Assembly: GCA_965224245.1 (NCBI GenBank) | Contig: OZ245046.1 | Location: 1,728,001 to 1,792,000 of the forward strand | Reading direction: 5' to 3' | DNA: 64,000 nucleotides | Source of the DNA: Candidatus Eiseniibacteriota bacterium | GTDB lineage: Bacteria; Eisenbacteria; RBG-16-71-46; CAZAMP01 | Shown: piece after piece, positions 54,969 to 64,000 of the stretch | Layout of the letters: the number at the start of each line of letters is the position of its first letter | Position numbering within the stretch: the first letter of the stretch is position 1 | Program-made: the position numbers and the translations under genes | Notes under the pieces: model-generated | Database searches by the model: none | What the model was told of the DNA's origin: nothing | What the model saw: the letters and a program-made list of their open reading frames with translations, nothing else

Positions 54969-57602
54969 GTGATCGGAAAGACCCTCGGCCACTACGAGAT
55001 CACCGCGAAGATCGGCGAAGGCGGCATGGGCCAGGTGTACCGCGCCCGTGACGCCAAGCTCGGACGCGACGTCGCCCTGAAGATCCTGCCACCGGCCGCA
55101 TCCGCCGATCCCGAGCGACGGCAGCGCTTCGAGCGCGAGGCCCAGGCGGTCGCCAGCCTCCAGCACCCTCACATCGTGACGATCCACTCCATCGAGGAGG
55201 CGGACGACGTCCACTTCCTGACCATGGAGCTCGTGCGGGGCAAGACGCTCGACGCGCTCATCCCCACCGATGGCCTGCCGCTCCAGCGGCTCTTCGAGAT
55301 CGGCATTCCCCTGGCCGAGGCCGTGCACGCCGCTCACGAGCGGGGCGTCGTTCACCGCGATCTCAAGCCCGGCAACGTGATGATCGACGACGCCGGACGC
55401 CCGAAGGTCCTCGACTTCGGACTCGCGAAGCTGATCTCGGTGGCGCCCGACGAGGCCGAGACGATGGCCGCCGGCGACGCCACCGGTGAGGGACTCGTTC
55501 TGGGGACCGTGGCGTACATGTCGCCCGAGCAGGCCCAGGGCAAGGAGCTCGACTCCCGATCCGACATCTTCTCGCTGGGCGTCATGCTCTACGAGGCGGC
55601 GACGGGCAAGCAACCCTTCAGCGGCGACACGCCGATCTCGACCCTGTCGGCGATCCTGCGGGACACCCCGTCCGCCGTCACGTCGCTGAAGCCCGTGCCC
55701 CGCCATCTCGGGCGGATCATCCATCGCTGTCTTGAGAAGCACCCCGACAAGCGCTTCCAGACCGCGCGCGACGTGGCGAACGAGCTGGAGGGGCTCCAGC
55801 GGGAGGTGAGCTCGGGGGAGCTGGACTCGATCTCGACCGGAGCCGCCCACCTCGCCGCCGCACACGCTGCGCGACCGGCCCGATCGGTGTGGCCCTGGCT
55901 CACCGGCGTGGCGGTGATCATCGCGGCCGTCGTCGCCGGGGTTCTCCTGTCGAGGCGTCCCACGGACAGCAGCACACCACTGGTGACGCGGCGCCTGACG
56001 AGCCACGCCGCTGCGGAGGGCGCCGGGAGCTGGTCTCCGGACGGCAGCTTCTTCGCGTTCGACGGCGGCGCGAACGGCCCACTCGACGTCTTCGTCTCCG
56101 CGACGGTCGGTGGAGATCCCATCTGTCTCGTCCAGAGCCCCGCGGACGACTTCTCTCCCCGCTGGTCGCCCGACAACCGCTGGATTGCCTTCGTGTCCGG
56201 TCGAGACGGAACGACGGGCCTCTACCTCGTGGCGCCGCTCGGGGGTCCGGTCCGGAGGCTCGTGGAGACCGATCTCGAGGTGCTCGGAGAGGAGATCATG
56301 TACGCCCTCGGGGTCCAGCCCTGGTCGCCCGATGGGCGCCGGCTCGTCTTCGCCCGGAGGCGGGACGACCAGGTGGCCCTGTGGATCGTCGACATCGACA
56401 CGGGCTCCGAGACGCGTCTCACGAACCCGAGCCCCGGACAGATCGACGCGCAGCCCTCCTGGTCGTTCGACGGCCGGTGGATCGCGTTCCTGCGCCAGGA
56501 CGCCGGGGAGATGACGATCGCGATCGTGCCGGCGGGCGGGGGCGACGTGCGAACCGTGCATTCGGCAGGCTGGCTTCAGCTGCCGGCCTGGTCACCCGAT
56601 GGAGACGAGGTGCTCTACGTGTCGGACGTCGGCGGCATCCAGAACCTCTGGACCGTGGCCGTCTCGAACGGCGCGACCCGACGGATCACGTCGAGCTCGA
56701 TCCACATCTCCGGAGCCGCCGTGGGTCGTGACGGTCGCATTCTCTACCACGACTTCAGTCACCAGACCGATCTCTACCTGCAACGCCTCGACGGCTCGGA
56801 CGCTCGCCGCCTCACCTTTCACACCGAGACGAACTTCGGAGCCCGCATCTCGCCCGGCGGGGATCGTATCGTCTACCAGTCCAATCGAGCCGGGAACGAC
56901 GATCTCTGGTTGCTCGATCTCGACTCGGGAGCCGAGCGCCGGCTCGCGGATCACCCCGAGGGCGATCTGGAAGCCGACTGGTCTCCGGACGGCGATCGCA
57001 TCGTGTTCGTCTCGCAGCGCACCGGAACGCCGCAGCTCTGGACCGCGAGCCCCGAGGGTGGGCCGCCCGTCCGGATCACCGACCAGGACGGCGTCGTGGG
57101 ACCTCCTCGATGGGCGCCCGACGGGTCCGCAATCGGATTCCTCGCCGCCACCGACGAGGGACAGGCACTCTGGGTGATGGATGGTGACGGCGGCAACCCG
57201 CGACCGGTGTTGCCACACGTCTACGAGTTCGACTGGTACCGGGACTCTCGGCATGTCATCTACACGCCCTCGGCCACGCCCACAGAGATGCGTGCGCGCG
57301 ACCTCGAGACCGGTGAAGACGTCCTCCTCCTCGACGAGCCGCACATCGAGGCGGCGACCGCCCCGGACGGATCCGCGCTCACCTACTGCACCGCGATCAG
57401 CCACTACAACATGTATCTGCAGCTCGCACGACTGGAGGCCACGGAGACGGGACTACCGCGGGTCGCGGAGACCGAGACCGTCGCCGATGGCGGCGGCCTG
57501 TGGCACGTACACAATGGAGGCTTCTCGCCGGACGGTACGAGCGTCGTCTATACGCGCGACACCGACACGGGGGACGTGTACGTGCTGGAAGGCGTCTTCT
57601 GA
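54969..57602 (+). CDS. Membrane Ser/Thr kinase with TolB/PD40 beta-propellers
   Basis: GTG after AAGGAC; kinase motifs; TM WPWLTGVAVIIAAVVAGVLL; repeated WSPDG blades. Confidence 0.93.
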   Translation: MIGKTLGHYEITAKIGEGGMGQVYRARDAKLGRDVALKILPPAASADPERRQRFEREAQAVASLQHPHIVTIHSIEEADDVHFLTMELVRGKTLDALIPTDGLPLQRLFEIGIPLAEAVHAAHERGVVHRDLKPGNVMIDDAGRPKVLDFGLAKLISVAPDEAETMAAGDATGEGLVLGTVAYMSPEQAQGKELDSRSDIFSLGVMLYEAATGKQPFSGDTPISTLSAILRDTPSAVTSLKPVPRHLGRIIHRCLEKHPDKRFQTARDVANELEGLQREVSSGELDSISTGAAHLAAAHAARPARSVWPWLTGVAVIIAAVVAGVLLSRRPTDSSTPLVTRRLTSHAAAEGAGSWSPDGSFFAFDGGANGPLDVFVSATVGGDPICLVQSPADDFSPRWSPDNRWIAFVSGRDGTTGLYLVAPLGGPVRRLVETDLEVLGEEIMYALGVQPWSPDGRRLVFARRRDDQVALWIVDIDTGSETRLTNPSPGQIDAQPSWSFDGRWIAFLRQDAGEMTIAIVPAGGGDVRTVHSAGWLQLPAWSPDGDEVLYVSDVGGIQNLWTVAVSNGATRRITSSSIHISGAAVGRDGRILYHDFSHQTDLYLQRLDGSDARRLTFHTETNFGARISPGGDRIVYQSNRAGNDDLWLLDLDSGAERRLADHPEGDLEADWSPDGDRIVFVSQRTGTPQLWTASPEGGPPVRITDQDGVVGPPRWAPDGSAIGFLAATDEGQALWVMDGDGGNPRPVLPHVYEFDWYRDSRHVIYTPSATPTEMRARDLETGEDVLLLDEPHIEAATAPDGSALTYCTAISHYNMYLQLARLEATETGLPRVAETETVADGGGLWHVHNGGFSPDGTSVVYTRDTDTGDVYVLEGVF

Positions 57603-57694
57603 CATCGGAGACGGCGCTGGTCCCATCGTCGACGATGACGTCCAGCTCACCCATGTCCCGCGGGAACCACGTCGGGGTTCCCCGCGGGTGGGCG

Positions 57695-58165
57695 CTACGC
57701 GCTCTTCCGCTCCTTGACCACGAAGTCCACCTCGCAATCGAGCGCGTGGAGCAGCGTCAACATCTGGCGAACGGACTTGCGGGTGTTCGTCGTGTCCAGG
57801 AGCCGGTAGAACTGCGAGGCGGACGTTCCAAGGCGTCGAATCAGCTCGCGCGTGGCCACCGGGCTCGCCTCCACTCGTCGGGTCGCCTCGACCGTCAATC
57901 GGTACAGCAACGCGTCCGTCCTGTAGGTGGGGTCTTCCGCGTACTCGAGAACGGCGTCCAGATGGATCGTGCCCTCGTCCCCGGACTCCAGGCGATAGGT
58001 GAACGCTTCCCGAGCCAGCTCCGGGTCGACGTACAGCTCGGTGATGCGATTGTCCGGTGCCGGAGAGAGCCGAGCCTTCGCGAACGGAAACACGAAGGTG
58101 CCTCGGCGCGTCGTGACCTGGAACACCTTGCGCCGGTTGTTCGCTTCCACACGCTGGATCTTCAC
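57695..58165 (-). CDS. Antitoxin-like protein (DUF2442-like N-terminus + C-terminal HTH)
   Basis: GTG overlapping the toxin stop; YVDPELAREAFTY.LESG; RELIRRLGTSASQFYRLLD HTH. Confidence 0.75.
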   Translation of the reverse strand: MKIQRVEANNRRKVFQVTTRRGTFVFPFAKARLSPAPDNRITELYVDPELAREAFTYRLESGDEGTIHLDAVLEYAEDPTYRTDALLYRLTVEATRRVEASPVATRELIRRLGTSASQFYRLLDTTNTRKSVRQMLTLLHALDCEVDFVVKERKSA

Positions 58166-58356
58166 AGGAGTCCCTCCTGCTCGAACTCGTGGATGTATCT
58201 CAACACGCGTTTCGTGGCTTTGCCTTTCATGGGCAGTTCGTTCTCGAGGTCCCACTTCACGATGAGCCCTCCGTCGCGGTACACATGAACGTGTCGAGGC
58301 TCATGGTCACCGACCCACGTCAGGAACACGAACCCACCTCGTCGGATCTTCCTTAT
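58162..58356 (-). CDS. DUF4160-family (HicA-like) toxin; expected start position reads ATA
   Basis: KIRRGGFVFLTWVGDHEPRHVHVY (DH.P.HVHV motif); no ATG/GTG at the expected start. Confidence 0.7.
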   Translation of the reverse strand: MRKIRRGGFVFLTWVGDHEPRHVHVYRDGGLIVKWDLENELPMKGKATKRVLRYIHEFEQEGLL

Positions 58357-58402
58357 CCGATCGGAGCCTCGTCGGTCGTGAGACTCCAGGGCGATGAGTG
58401 GA

Positions 58403-58431
58403 ATGTTACCTTCAGTGGTAACAGTTATCAA
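58403..58431 (-). promoter_or_regulatory. TA promoter TTGATA-N17-TAACAT with 7-6-7 palindrome TGTTACC-N6-GGTAACA (operator)
   Basis: Palindrome at 58404-58423 overlaps the spacer and the -10 box. Confidence 0.75.
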
Positions 58432-58519
58432 GAGGCGGCGGACGCCCGGGCAACGCTCTCTCCTCCGATCCGAGTCATGACTGATGCCCGATCAGGATGC
58501 CAGCGGCAGAATCAGGCAT

Positions 58520-58819
58520 GACTTCGGCAGCTCCGTCCTCGGCACGCCGATCCCGTTCGAGTGCGAGACGCACGCGACCCGGGACGAACCACTCCTGGGC
58601 ATCCGGATCGACGTCGATCTCGGCACGCTCCACGAGCTCATCGCGGGGATCCGGACCGAAGCTGCACCTGGACGGCGGCGCCAGTCCCCCACACGGTGTG
58701 GAGCCGTCGACGTGATGCTCACCGCCGCCGATCTCGCGGAGATCCAGGACGCGCTCGCGGCGATCGAGATCCAGGTCCATCGCTACTCGGTGGGGACGCA
58801 GCGGATGATCGATCGGTGA
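58520..58819 (+). pseudogene. Chimeric remnant: AraC N-terminal (YqhC-like) fragment joined to an aldo/keto reductase C-terminal tail
   Basis: PIPFECETHA..EPLLGIRIDVDL..L.EL, then GAVDVMLTAADLAEI..A...I.IQ..RY. Confidence 0.6.
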
Positions 58820-58904
58820 TCCGTCACCGTCGCGTCGCCGCTGCCGCCGACATCGCCGGAATCGAAACCGTACCCGGGTGCACCTTCGGCGATCGCCACC
58901 GGCC

Positions 58905-59858
58905 CTAGATCGGAAGTCCGACCAGCTCCCGGCTCGCCTCGCAGAGCCGTTGCGCCAGCCGCGCATCGTGTGCCCGCGGGTTGGGCGACACCATCGGCCA
59001 CCCGCCTCGTCGGTCCTTCCGGTCGGGATAGAGGATGCTGTTCTGGCTGTAGTACGCCCCGGCGTGTTTCGGAACGTCCTCGTCGAGGAGGCAGTGGAGC
59101 GTGGTCTGCGCGCCCTCCTCGTAGGACAGCATGCCCACGAACCGGCTGAGCGGCCTCAGGAGGACGTTTTGCACCCACGCCGGCATCGTGTTCTTGACGA
59201 GGTTGCTCCGGATCCAGCCCGGATGGACCGACACCGGGGTGACGCCGGTGCCGTCGAGGCGCCGGGCCAGATCGAGCGCGTACAGCACGATGGCCAGCTT
59301 GGACTGCGCGTACGCCGCCATCCCGTCGTACGGGCGCCTCTCGAAGTTCAGATCGTCCAGATGGATCTCGCCCGCGCGTCCCCGGATCGCCACGTGCGCG
59401 ACGCTCGACACGCAGACGATGCGAGACGGCGCGCTCGCCTTCAGCACGTCGAGGAGCAGCTCGGTGAGGAGGAAGTGACCGAGGTGGTTCGTCCCGAGCT
59501 GGGTCTCGAACCCGTCGACGGTCGTTCCCTTCGGTGTGTTCATGACGCCCGCGTTGCTCACGAGGCCGTCCAGACGCGCGTGCCTCTGCCGGAACGCCGC
59601 GACGAAGCGCCGCACCGACTCGAGACGGCCCAGGTCCAGCTCGATGACCTCCGCGGAGCCGCGAAGGCCGGAGAGCCCCGCCACCGCCTCCTCACCGGCG
59701 GCTACCCGGCGGCAGGCCGCAACGACGTGAGCCCCCTGGCGCACGAGCTGGGCCATCGTGGCCAGTCCCGCGCCCGAGTTGGCCCCGGTGACCACGTAGA
59801 CCCGGCCCCCGAGATCCGTCGCGAGCAACCGTGGATCACACCTCAGCGTCTTCAGCAT
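58905..59858 (-). CDS. SDR oxidoreductase (retinol dehydrogenase/WWOX-like)
   Basis: TGANSGAG, LDL..LESVR, NAGVM, GFETQLGTNHLGHF, YAQSKLA, VHPG, EGAQT. Confidence 0.92.
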   Translation of the reverse strand: MLKTLRCDPRLLATDLGGRVYVVTGANSGAGLATMAQLVRQGAHVVAACRRVAAGEEAVAGLSGLRGSAEVIELDLGRLESVRRFVAAFRQRHARLDGLVSNAGVMNTPKGTTVDGFETQLGTNHLGHFLLTELLLDVLKASAPSRIVCVSSVAHVAIRGRAGEIHLDDLNFERRPYDGMAAYAQSKLAIVLYALDLARRLDGTGVTPVSVHPGWIRSNLVKNTMPAWVQNVLLRPLSRFVGMLSYEEGAQTTLHCLLDEDVPKHAGAYYSQNSILYPDRKDRRGGWPMVSPNPRAHDARLAQRLCEASRELVGLPI

Positions 59859-59940
59859 CGCCACCCCGTTCGTTTCGGACTGCGCGAGCGGACTTGCCGC
59901 CGGCATGCGTGGCGAACGGGTGATCGCAACGACACGTACG

Positions 59941-62900
59941 TCACGGACCCACGCGCTGCGGATCCACGGGAGCACCTGCAGCCAGAGACTCGTGATCCCG
60001 CCACCTGGCTGCCTCCGCCCGCTTGCCCCAGCCCTCGTAGAGATCCACCATCCAGCTCGCGATGTCGCGGACGTTCGAGGACGCGGGGCCGCACCACTGC
60101 ATCGCGCGGTCGTGAGCTCGGAGCAGCACGGCCTCCGCTTCCTCGCGACGACCGACGAGGCTGAGGCAGTGTCCGTACTCGCCCTCGCGGCGGGCGAGCG
60201 CGCCGGGTTCGCGCTCGTTCGTGCCGTGCAACCAGCTCCGATAGAGGCCGAAGCGGAGCGCCGGCAGTGCGCCCTCGGCGTCACCCACCGCGAGGAGGAC
60301 ACGACCCTTCAGATGTGCGCACGCACCCGCGAACTGGGTACACCGAACCTGGTGAAGCCGCTCCGCGGCCTCGTCGACCCGGCCGAGATCCAGCAGCCTG
60401 AACGCCAGGCCCGTCTTGAACGCCAGCGACTCCCTGGATCGCTCCCCGTCGACCGTCCACCCCATGCCGGGCGTCCATTCGATCGGCTCTCTGACGTAGA
60501 GGCTTCGGTAGAGAACGAGGGCCTCGTCCAGGAGCGACTCGGACTCCTCCCGATGCCCGGTCGCGGCCCGCGAACGAGCCAGCGCGATGACGCTCTCCAG
60601 GAGGGCCTTCTCGTCACCGAGCCGACGCGCCTCATCCACCGAGCGTCGGAGAGCGATCTCGGCCCATTCATGGAGGCCCCTCGCGGCCAATGCGTCTCCG
60701 GCGTCGCGGAGCGCCGTCACTGCGCCCTCCGTCCCCCGCCCGTGACGCGTCACGGTTCCATCCACGATCCGCCGCAGCGTCTCCTCGGCCTCGGCTTCTC
60801 GGCCGAGCCGCGTGGCGCAGCGGACGAGCTCCGGGAAGAGACTCACCACGCCTTCGTCTCTCCGCGCACCCTCGGCTCCCTCACAGAGCCGAAGCGCTCG
60901 AGACGCCACGTCGAAGGCTCCTTCGGGATCTCCGGACTGATCGAGCGCCCTCGCCCGGGTATCCATGTAGGTGGCGAGCTCGACGGGGTCCCCGCCCTCA
61001 CCGGCTTCGACGGCCCGGGTGGCCCAGGCCAGTCCCTCTTCGGGGTCGCGTAGCGCCGGCGACTCGCACGTGAGGAGCTTCCATGCGTACTCGTTCCACT
61101 CCCTCGCGCCCGCGCCGTCGGCGAGCGCCCGTGTGCGAAGCTCCACGAGCCGGGCTCGTTCGATCCCCCTCACCTCGTCCCACCGCCCGGCGATCGCGAG
61201 CGTGCTCTGGTACCGGCGGAACGTCAGGCCACGGATGAAGTCCGTTCTCCCCTGGGTCAAACCACTCTCGACCGTGTCCGTGGCGGCGCGCCAGTACTCG
61301 TACACGACGCGCGCGACGCGGAGCGCCTCGTCCAGCTTCCCGCGCCGGACGAGCAGCTGGGCGTAATCGTCCGAGCCGACCCAGTTGGCTCCCGCCAGCC
61401 CCTCTTGCCTGAGTTCCTCGAAGTACTCGAGCATGACACTCTCTTTCTCGTCGAGCTCGTGATCCTCGTCCAGGGATCGGACGAAGGCGAACCCCATGAG
61501 CCCCGGATCGTCGTCCGGATCGTCGGAGCTCCTCGCCCGCTCGATCACGGGCCGCGCGATGGCCTGCGCCTCGGCAAAGCGGTGCATGAACGTGAGGCCC
61601 AGGGCGTAGTACGTCTCGCAAGCGCGGGTCATCGGATCGTCGGGGCCGTAGGTCTCTCTCGCCGCCTCGAGCGCCTCCGAGGCGAGCTCGATGGCGGCGG
61701 GACCGTTCCCGGACCAGCAATGGCGCGTCGTCCAGGCGAGGAGGGTCTTGATCGTGTCGCGATGCTTCGGTCCGAGCACCCGGCGCTGCCGTTCGAGAGT
61801 GACCTCGTAGATCGAGTCCACAGCGGTGAAGTTCCCCTGCGCGATGCGGGCGGATGCATGGAAGCTCGCGGCATAGAGCGTGAGCGGATCGTCTTCGCCG
61901 AGGTATCGCTCGAGATTCTCCACGATGCCGGCGGCCATCTCGGCGGCCGCGTTGCGGTGATCGAGATCCAACAGGGTCCCCGCCACGAGGAGACGCGACC
62001 GAAGGACCTCGCGATCTGCGTCTCCGAGAGCGTCCCGACGGATCTCCAGCACCTTCTCGAACTGCTCCAGGGCATCCTCTCGGGCATCGAGCCCGAGCAA
62101 CGACTTCCCGATCGTCTCGCGGGCCTGGGCTTCGAGCAGCGGCTTCTCCGCGAAGGACGTCTCGATCCGGTCCGTCGCCTCGCGAAGCATCTCGGCCACC
62201 GAGACGTCCTTTCGGCCACCGGTCTCGTCGTCGCTTCCGAGGGTCGGCGTGAACAGCCACGACTCCTCGGGGCTCGGGTTGAGCGACTCGAGCATCTCGG
62301 TGAAGAACGCGTTGATGGCCGCGGCCGCCGCGCGCTCCCGTCGCGCCTGGAGGAGACCCAGCGTGGCCACGCCGATCCCCACCACGAGCGCCACCACGAC
62401 GGCGCTGGAGATGAGGACGCCCGTGCGATTGCGCCGGGCGAACTTCCGGATCCGGTAGGACGTGCTGGGCGGGCTCGCCAGGACCGGCTCGTCGTGAAGG
62501 TAGCGCTCGACGTCCAGCCGGAGCGAGTTGGCGGTGTCGTAGCGCCGGGTTCGGTCCTTCTCGATCGCCCGCATGACGATCCAGTCGAGATCGCCCGACA
62601 GGGCCCGCCGGAGCGCCCCCACGTCCGTGCTGCGGCTCCTGGCGGTCGCCGTCGCCGCCTGCCCCAGCGTGCTGACGCGGGTGGACGGTCTCTCGGGCTC
62701 CTCCTCCCGGATCACGCGGTGGATCTCCGAGTAGGCCAGGTTCCGGAGGCGCCGGGCGTCGAAGGGTGTCGTCCCGGTCAGGAGCTCGTAGAGGAGAACG
62801 CCGAGCGCGTAGATGTCGGTCCGGGTGTCGACGTCGAGACCGGACATCTCGGCCTGCTCGGGGCTCATGTACTGCGGCGTGCCCACGAACTGATGGTACT

Positions 62901-63627
62901 CGGTGAAGAGCGTCTTCTCGGTCAGCTGCTGGTTCGTCGCCTTGGCGATGCCGAAGTCGATCACCTTCGGCACCGGCGTCCCGTCGTGGAGGGTCACCAT
63001 CACGTTGGACGGCTTGATGTCCCGGTGGATGATCCCCTTCTGGTGCGCGTGCTGGACCGCGCTGCACACCGACTGGAACAGCTCGAGACGCTCGCGCGTG
63101 GTCAGGTGGTTCTGGTCGCAGTACTCGGTGATGGGGATTCCGCGGACGAGCTCCATGACGAAGTACGGGCGCCCGGTCTCGGTGGCGCCGGCGTCGAGCA
63201 CGCGGGCGATGTTCGGGTGATCCATCAGCGCGAGCGCCTGGCGCTCGGCCTCGAAGCGCGCGATGACCTGGCGGGTGTCCATGCCGAGCTTGATGATCTT
63301 CAGCGCGACCTTGCGCCGGACCGGCTTCTCTTGCTCGGCCATGTAGACCGATCCGAAGCCCCCCTCGCCGATCTGCTGCAGGAGCTTGTAGCGTCCGATG
63401 GTGATTCCCGGTCCCTCGGCGGGGGCCCCGCCGGGGAGCAGCGGCTCGGTGGGGGCCGCCAGGACGTCGCCGCCGGCGTCGCCGGCGGCCAGCAACGTCT
63501 CGACCTCGGCGCGAAGCTCCGCGTCTCCCTCGCAGGCCCGGTCGAGGAACGCCTCTCTCTCCGAGGCGGGGAGCTCGAACGCGTCCTGGAAGACTCGCTT
63601 GACCCGGCTCCAGTTCTCGGTGCTCAT
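59941..63627 (-). CDS. Membrane Ser/Thr kinase with extended TPR array, cognate of upstream ECF
   Basis: [54 protein letters not shown]-coupled. Confidence 0.93.
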   Translation of the reverse strand: MSTENWSRVKRVFQDAFELPASEREAFLDRACEGDAELRAEVETLLAAGDAGGDVLAAPTEPLLPGGAPAEGPGITIGRYKLLQQIGEGGFGSVYMAEQEKPVRRKVALKIIKLGMDTRQVIARFEAERQALALMDHPNIARVLDAGATETGRPYFVMELVRGIPITEYCDQNHLTTRERLELFQSVCSAVQHAHQKGIIHRDIKPSNVMVTLHDGTPVPKVIDFGIAKATNQQLTEKTLFTEYHQFVGTPQYMSPEQAEMSGLDVDTRTDIYALGVLLYELLTGTTPFDARRLRNLAYSEIHRVIREEEPERPSTRVSTLGQAATATARSRSTDVGALRRALSGDLDWIVMRAIEKDRTRRYDTANSLRLDVERYLHDEPVLASPPSTSYRIRKFARRNRTGVLISSAVVVALVVGIGVATLGLLQARRERAAAAAINAFFTEMLESLNPSPEESWLFTPTLGSDDETGGRKDVSVAEMLREATDRIETSFAEKPLLEAQARETIGKSLLGLDAREDALEQFEKVLEIRRDALGDADREVLRSRLLVAGTLLDLDHRNAAAEMAAGIVENLERYLGEDDPLTLYAASFHASARIAQGNFTAVDSIYEVTLERQRRVLGPKHRDTIKTLLAWTTRHCWSGNGPAAIELASEALEAARETYGPDDPMTRACETYYALGLTFMHRFAEAQAIARPVIERARSSDDPDDDPGLMGFAFVRSLDEDHELDEKESVMLEYFEELRQEGLAGANWVGSDDYAQLLVRRGKLDEALRVARVVYEYWRAATDTVESGLTQGRTDFIRGLTFRRYQSTLAIAGRWDEVRGIERARLVELRTRALADGAGAREWNEYAWKLLTCESPALRDPEEGLAWATRAVEAGEGGDPVELATYMDTRARALDQSGDPEGAFDVASRALRLCEGAEGARRDEGVVSLFPELVRCATRLGREAEAEETLRRIVDGTVTRHGRGTEGAVTALRDAGDALAARGLHEWAEIALRRSVDEARRLGDEKALLESVIALARSRAATGHREESESLLDEALVLYRSLYVREPIEWTPGMGWTVDGERSRESLAFKTGLAFRLLDLGRVDEAAERLHQVRCTQFAGACAHLKGRVLLAVGDAEGALPALRFGLYRSWLHGTNEREPGALARREGEYGHCLSLVGRREEAEAVLLRAHDRAMQWCGPASSNVRDIASWMVDLYEGWGKRAEAARWRDHESLAAGAPVDPQRVGP

Positions 63628-64000
63628 CGTCCCTCCGCGTCGTCCGGCGCCAGCTCGCGCAGCAGCCACGCTCTGGCGAGCGCCCAGTCCCGGCGCACGG
63701 TCCGGCTCGTGACTCCCAGGGCCGCCGCCGCCTCGGCCTCGGAGAGTCCGACGTAGAATCGGAGCCGGACCACGTCCGCCGCTCGTCGGTCTCGCTCCTC
63801 AAGGCGCCGGACCGCGTCGTCGAGGGACACGATTTCTTCGACGTCTGCCCGCTCGGCCAGATCGACCACGTCGAGCGGGACCCGTTTCCGGTCTCCGCCG
63901 CGCTTGATCCGCCCCCGCTTGCGCGCGTGCTCGATGAGAATCCGGCGCATGGCCTCGGCGGCGGCCACGTAGAAGTGCGCCCGGCTCTGCCAGCTCAGCT
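63624..64000 (-). CDS. ECF sigma factor, ECF43/TIGR02999-like; 5'-partial
   Basis: [52 protein letters not shown]. Confidence 0.9.
   Translation of the reverse strand, partial: LSWQSRAHFYVAAAEAMRRILIEHARKRGRIKRGGDRKRVPLDVVDLAERADVEEIVSLDDAVRRLEERDRRAADVVRLRFYVGLSEAEAAAALGVTSRTVRRDWALARAWLLRELAPDDAEGR

Overview
High-GC (roughly 70%) bacterial window. FlgD-like C-terminal domains and a 'TWGxVKxxYR' tail suggest an FCB-superphylum lineage such as Eisenbacteria, Krumholzibacteriota or Latescibacterota (inference). 1-10.4 kb (minus strand): anaerobic aromatic/benzoyl-CoA degradation operon. It has a 4-hydroxybenzoyl-CoA-reductase-like Mo enzyme, TetR, an Oah-like hydrolase, an SDR, thiolase plus DUF35 and a Dch-like hydratase. 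It ends in an unusual in-frame fusion of ketopantoate reductase to a 2-hydroxyacyl-CoA dehydratase/benzoyl-CoA reductase-type domain that appears to have lost its Fe-S cysteines. 11-24.6 kb: two cytochrome c lipoproteins, secreted FlgD-tailed proteins and two Ser/Thr kinases. 25-28 kb: tRNA-Arg(CCT) and a 2.8-kb islet closed by a copy of the tRNA 5' half. 29-64 kb: a mosaic accessory region with five more Ser/Thr kinases and four ECF43-like sigma factors. It also holds a glnII-amt-glutaminase operon whose glutaminase is collinear with animal GLS, a B12 radical SAM enzyme with an RRE-like tail next to a candidate precursor peptide, a CMD-ECF module with two matching promoters, a DUF4160 toxin-antitoxin pair, and many gene and IS remnants. 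No CRISPR array or rRNA was seen. All family calls come from motif recognition, not database searches.
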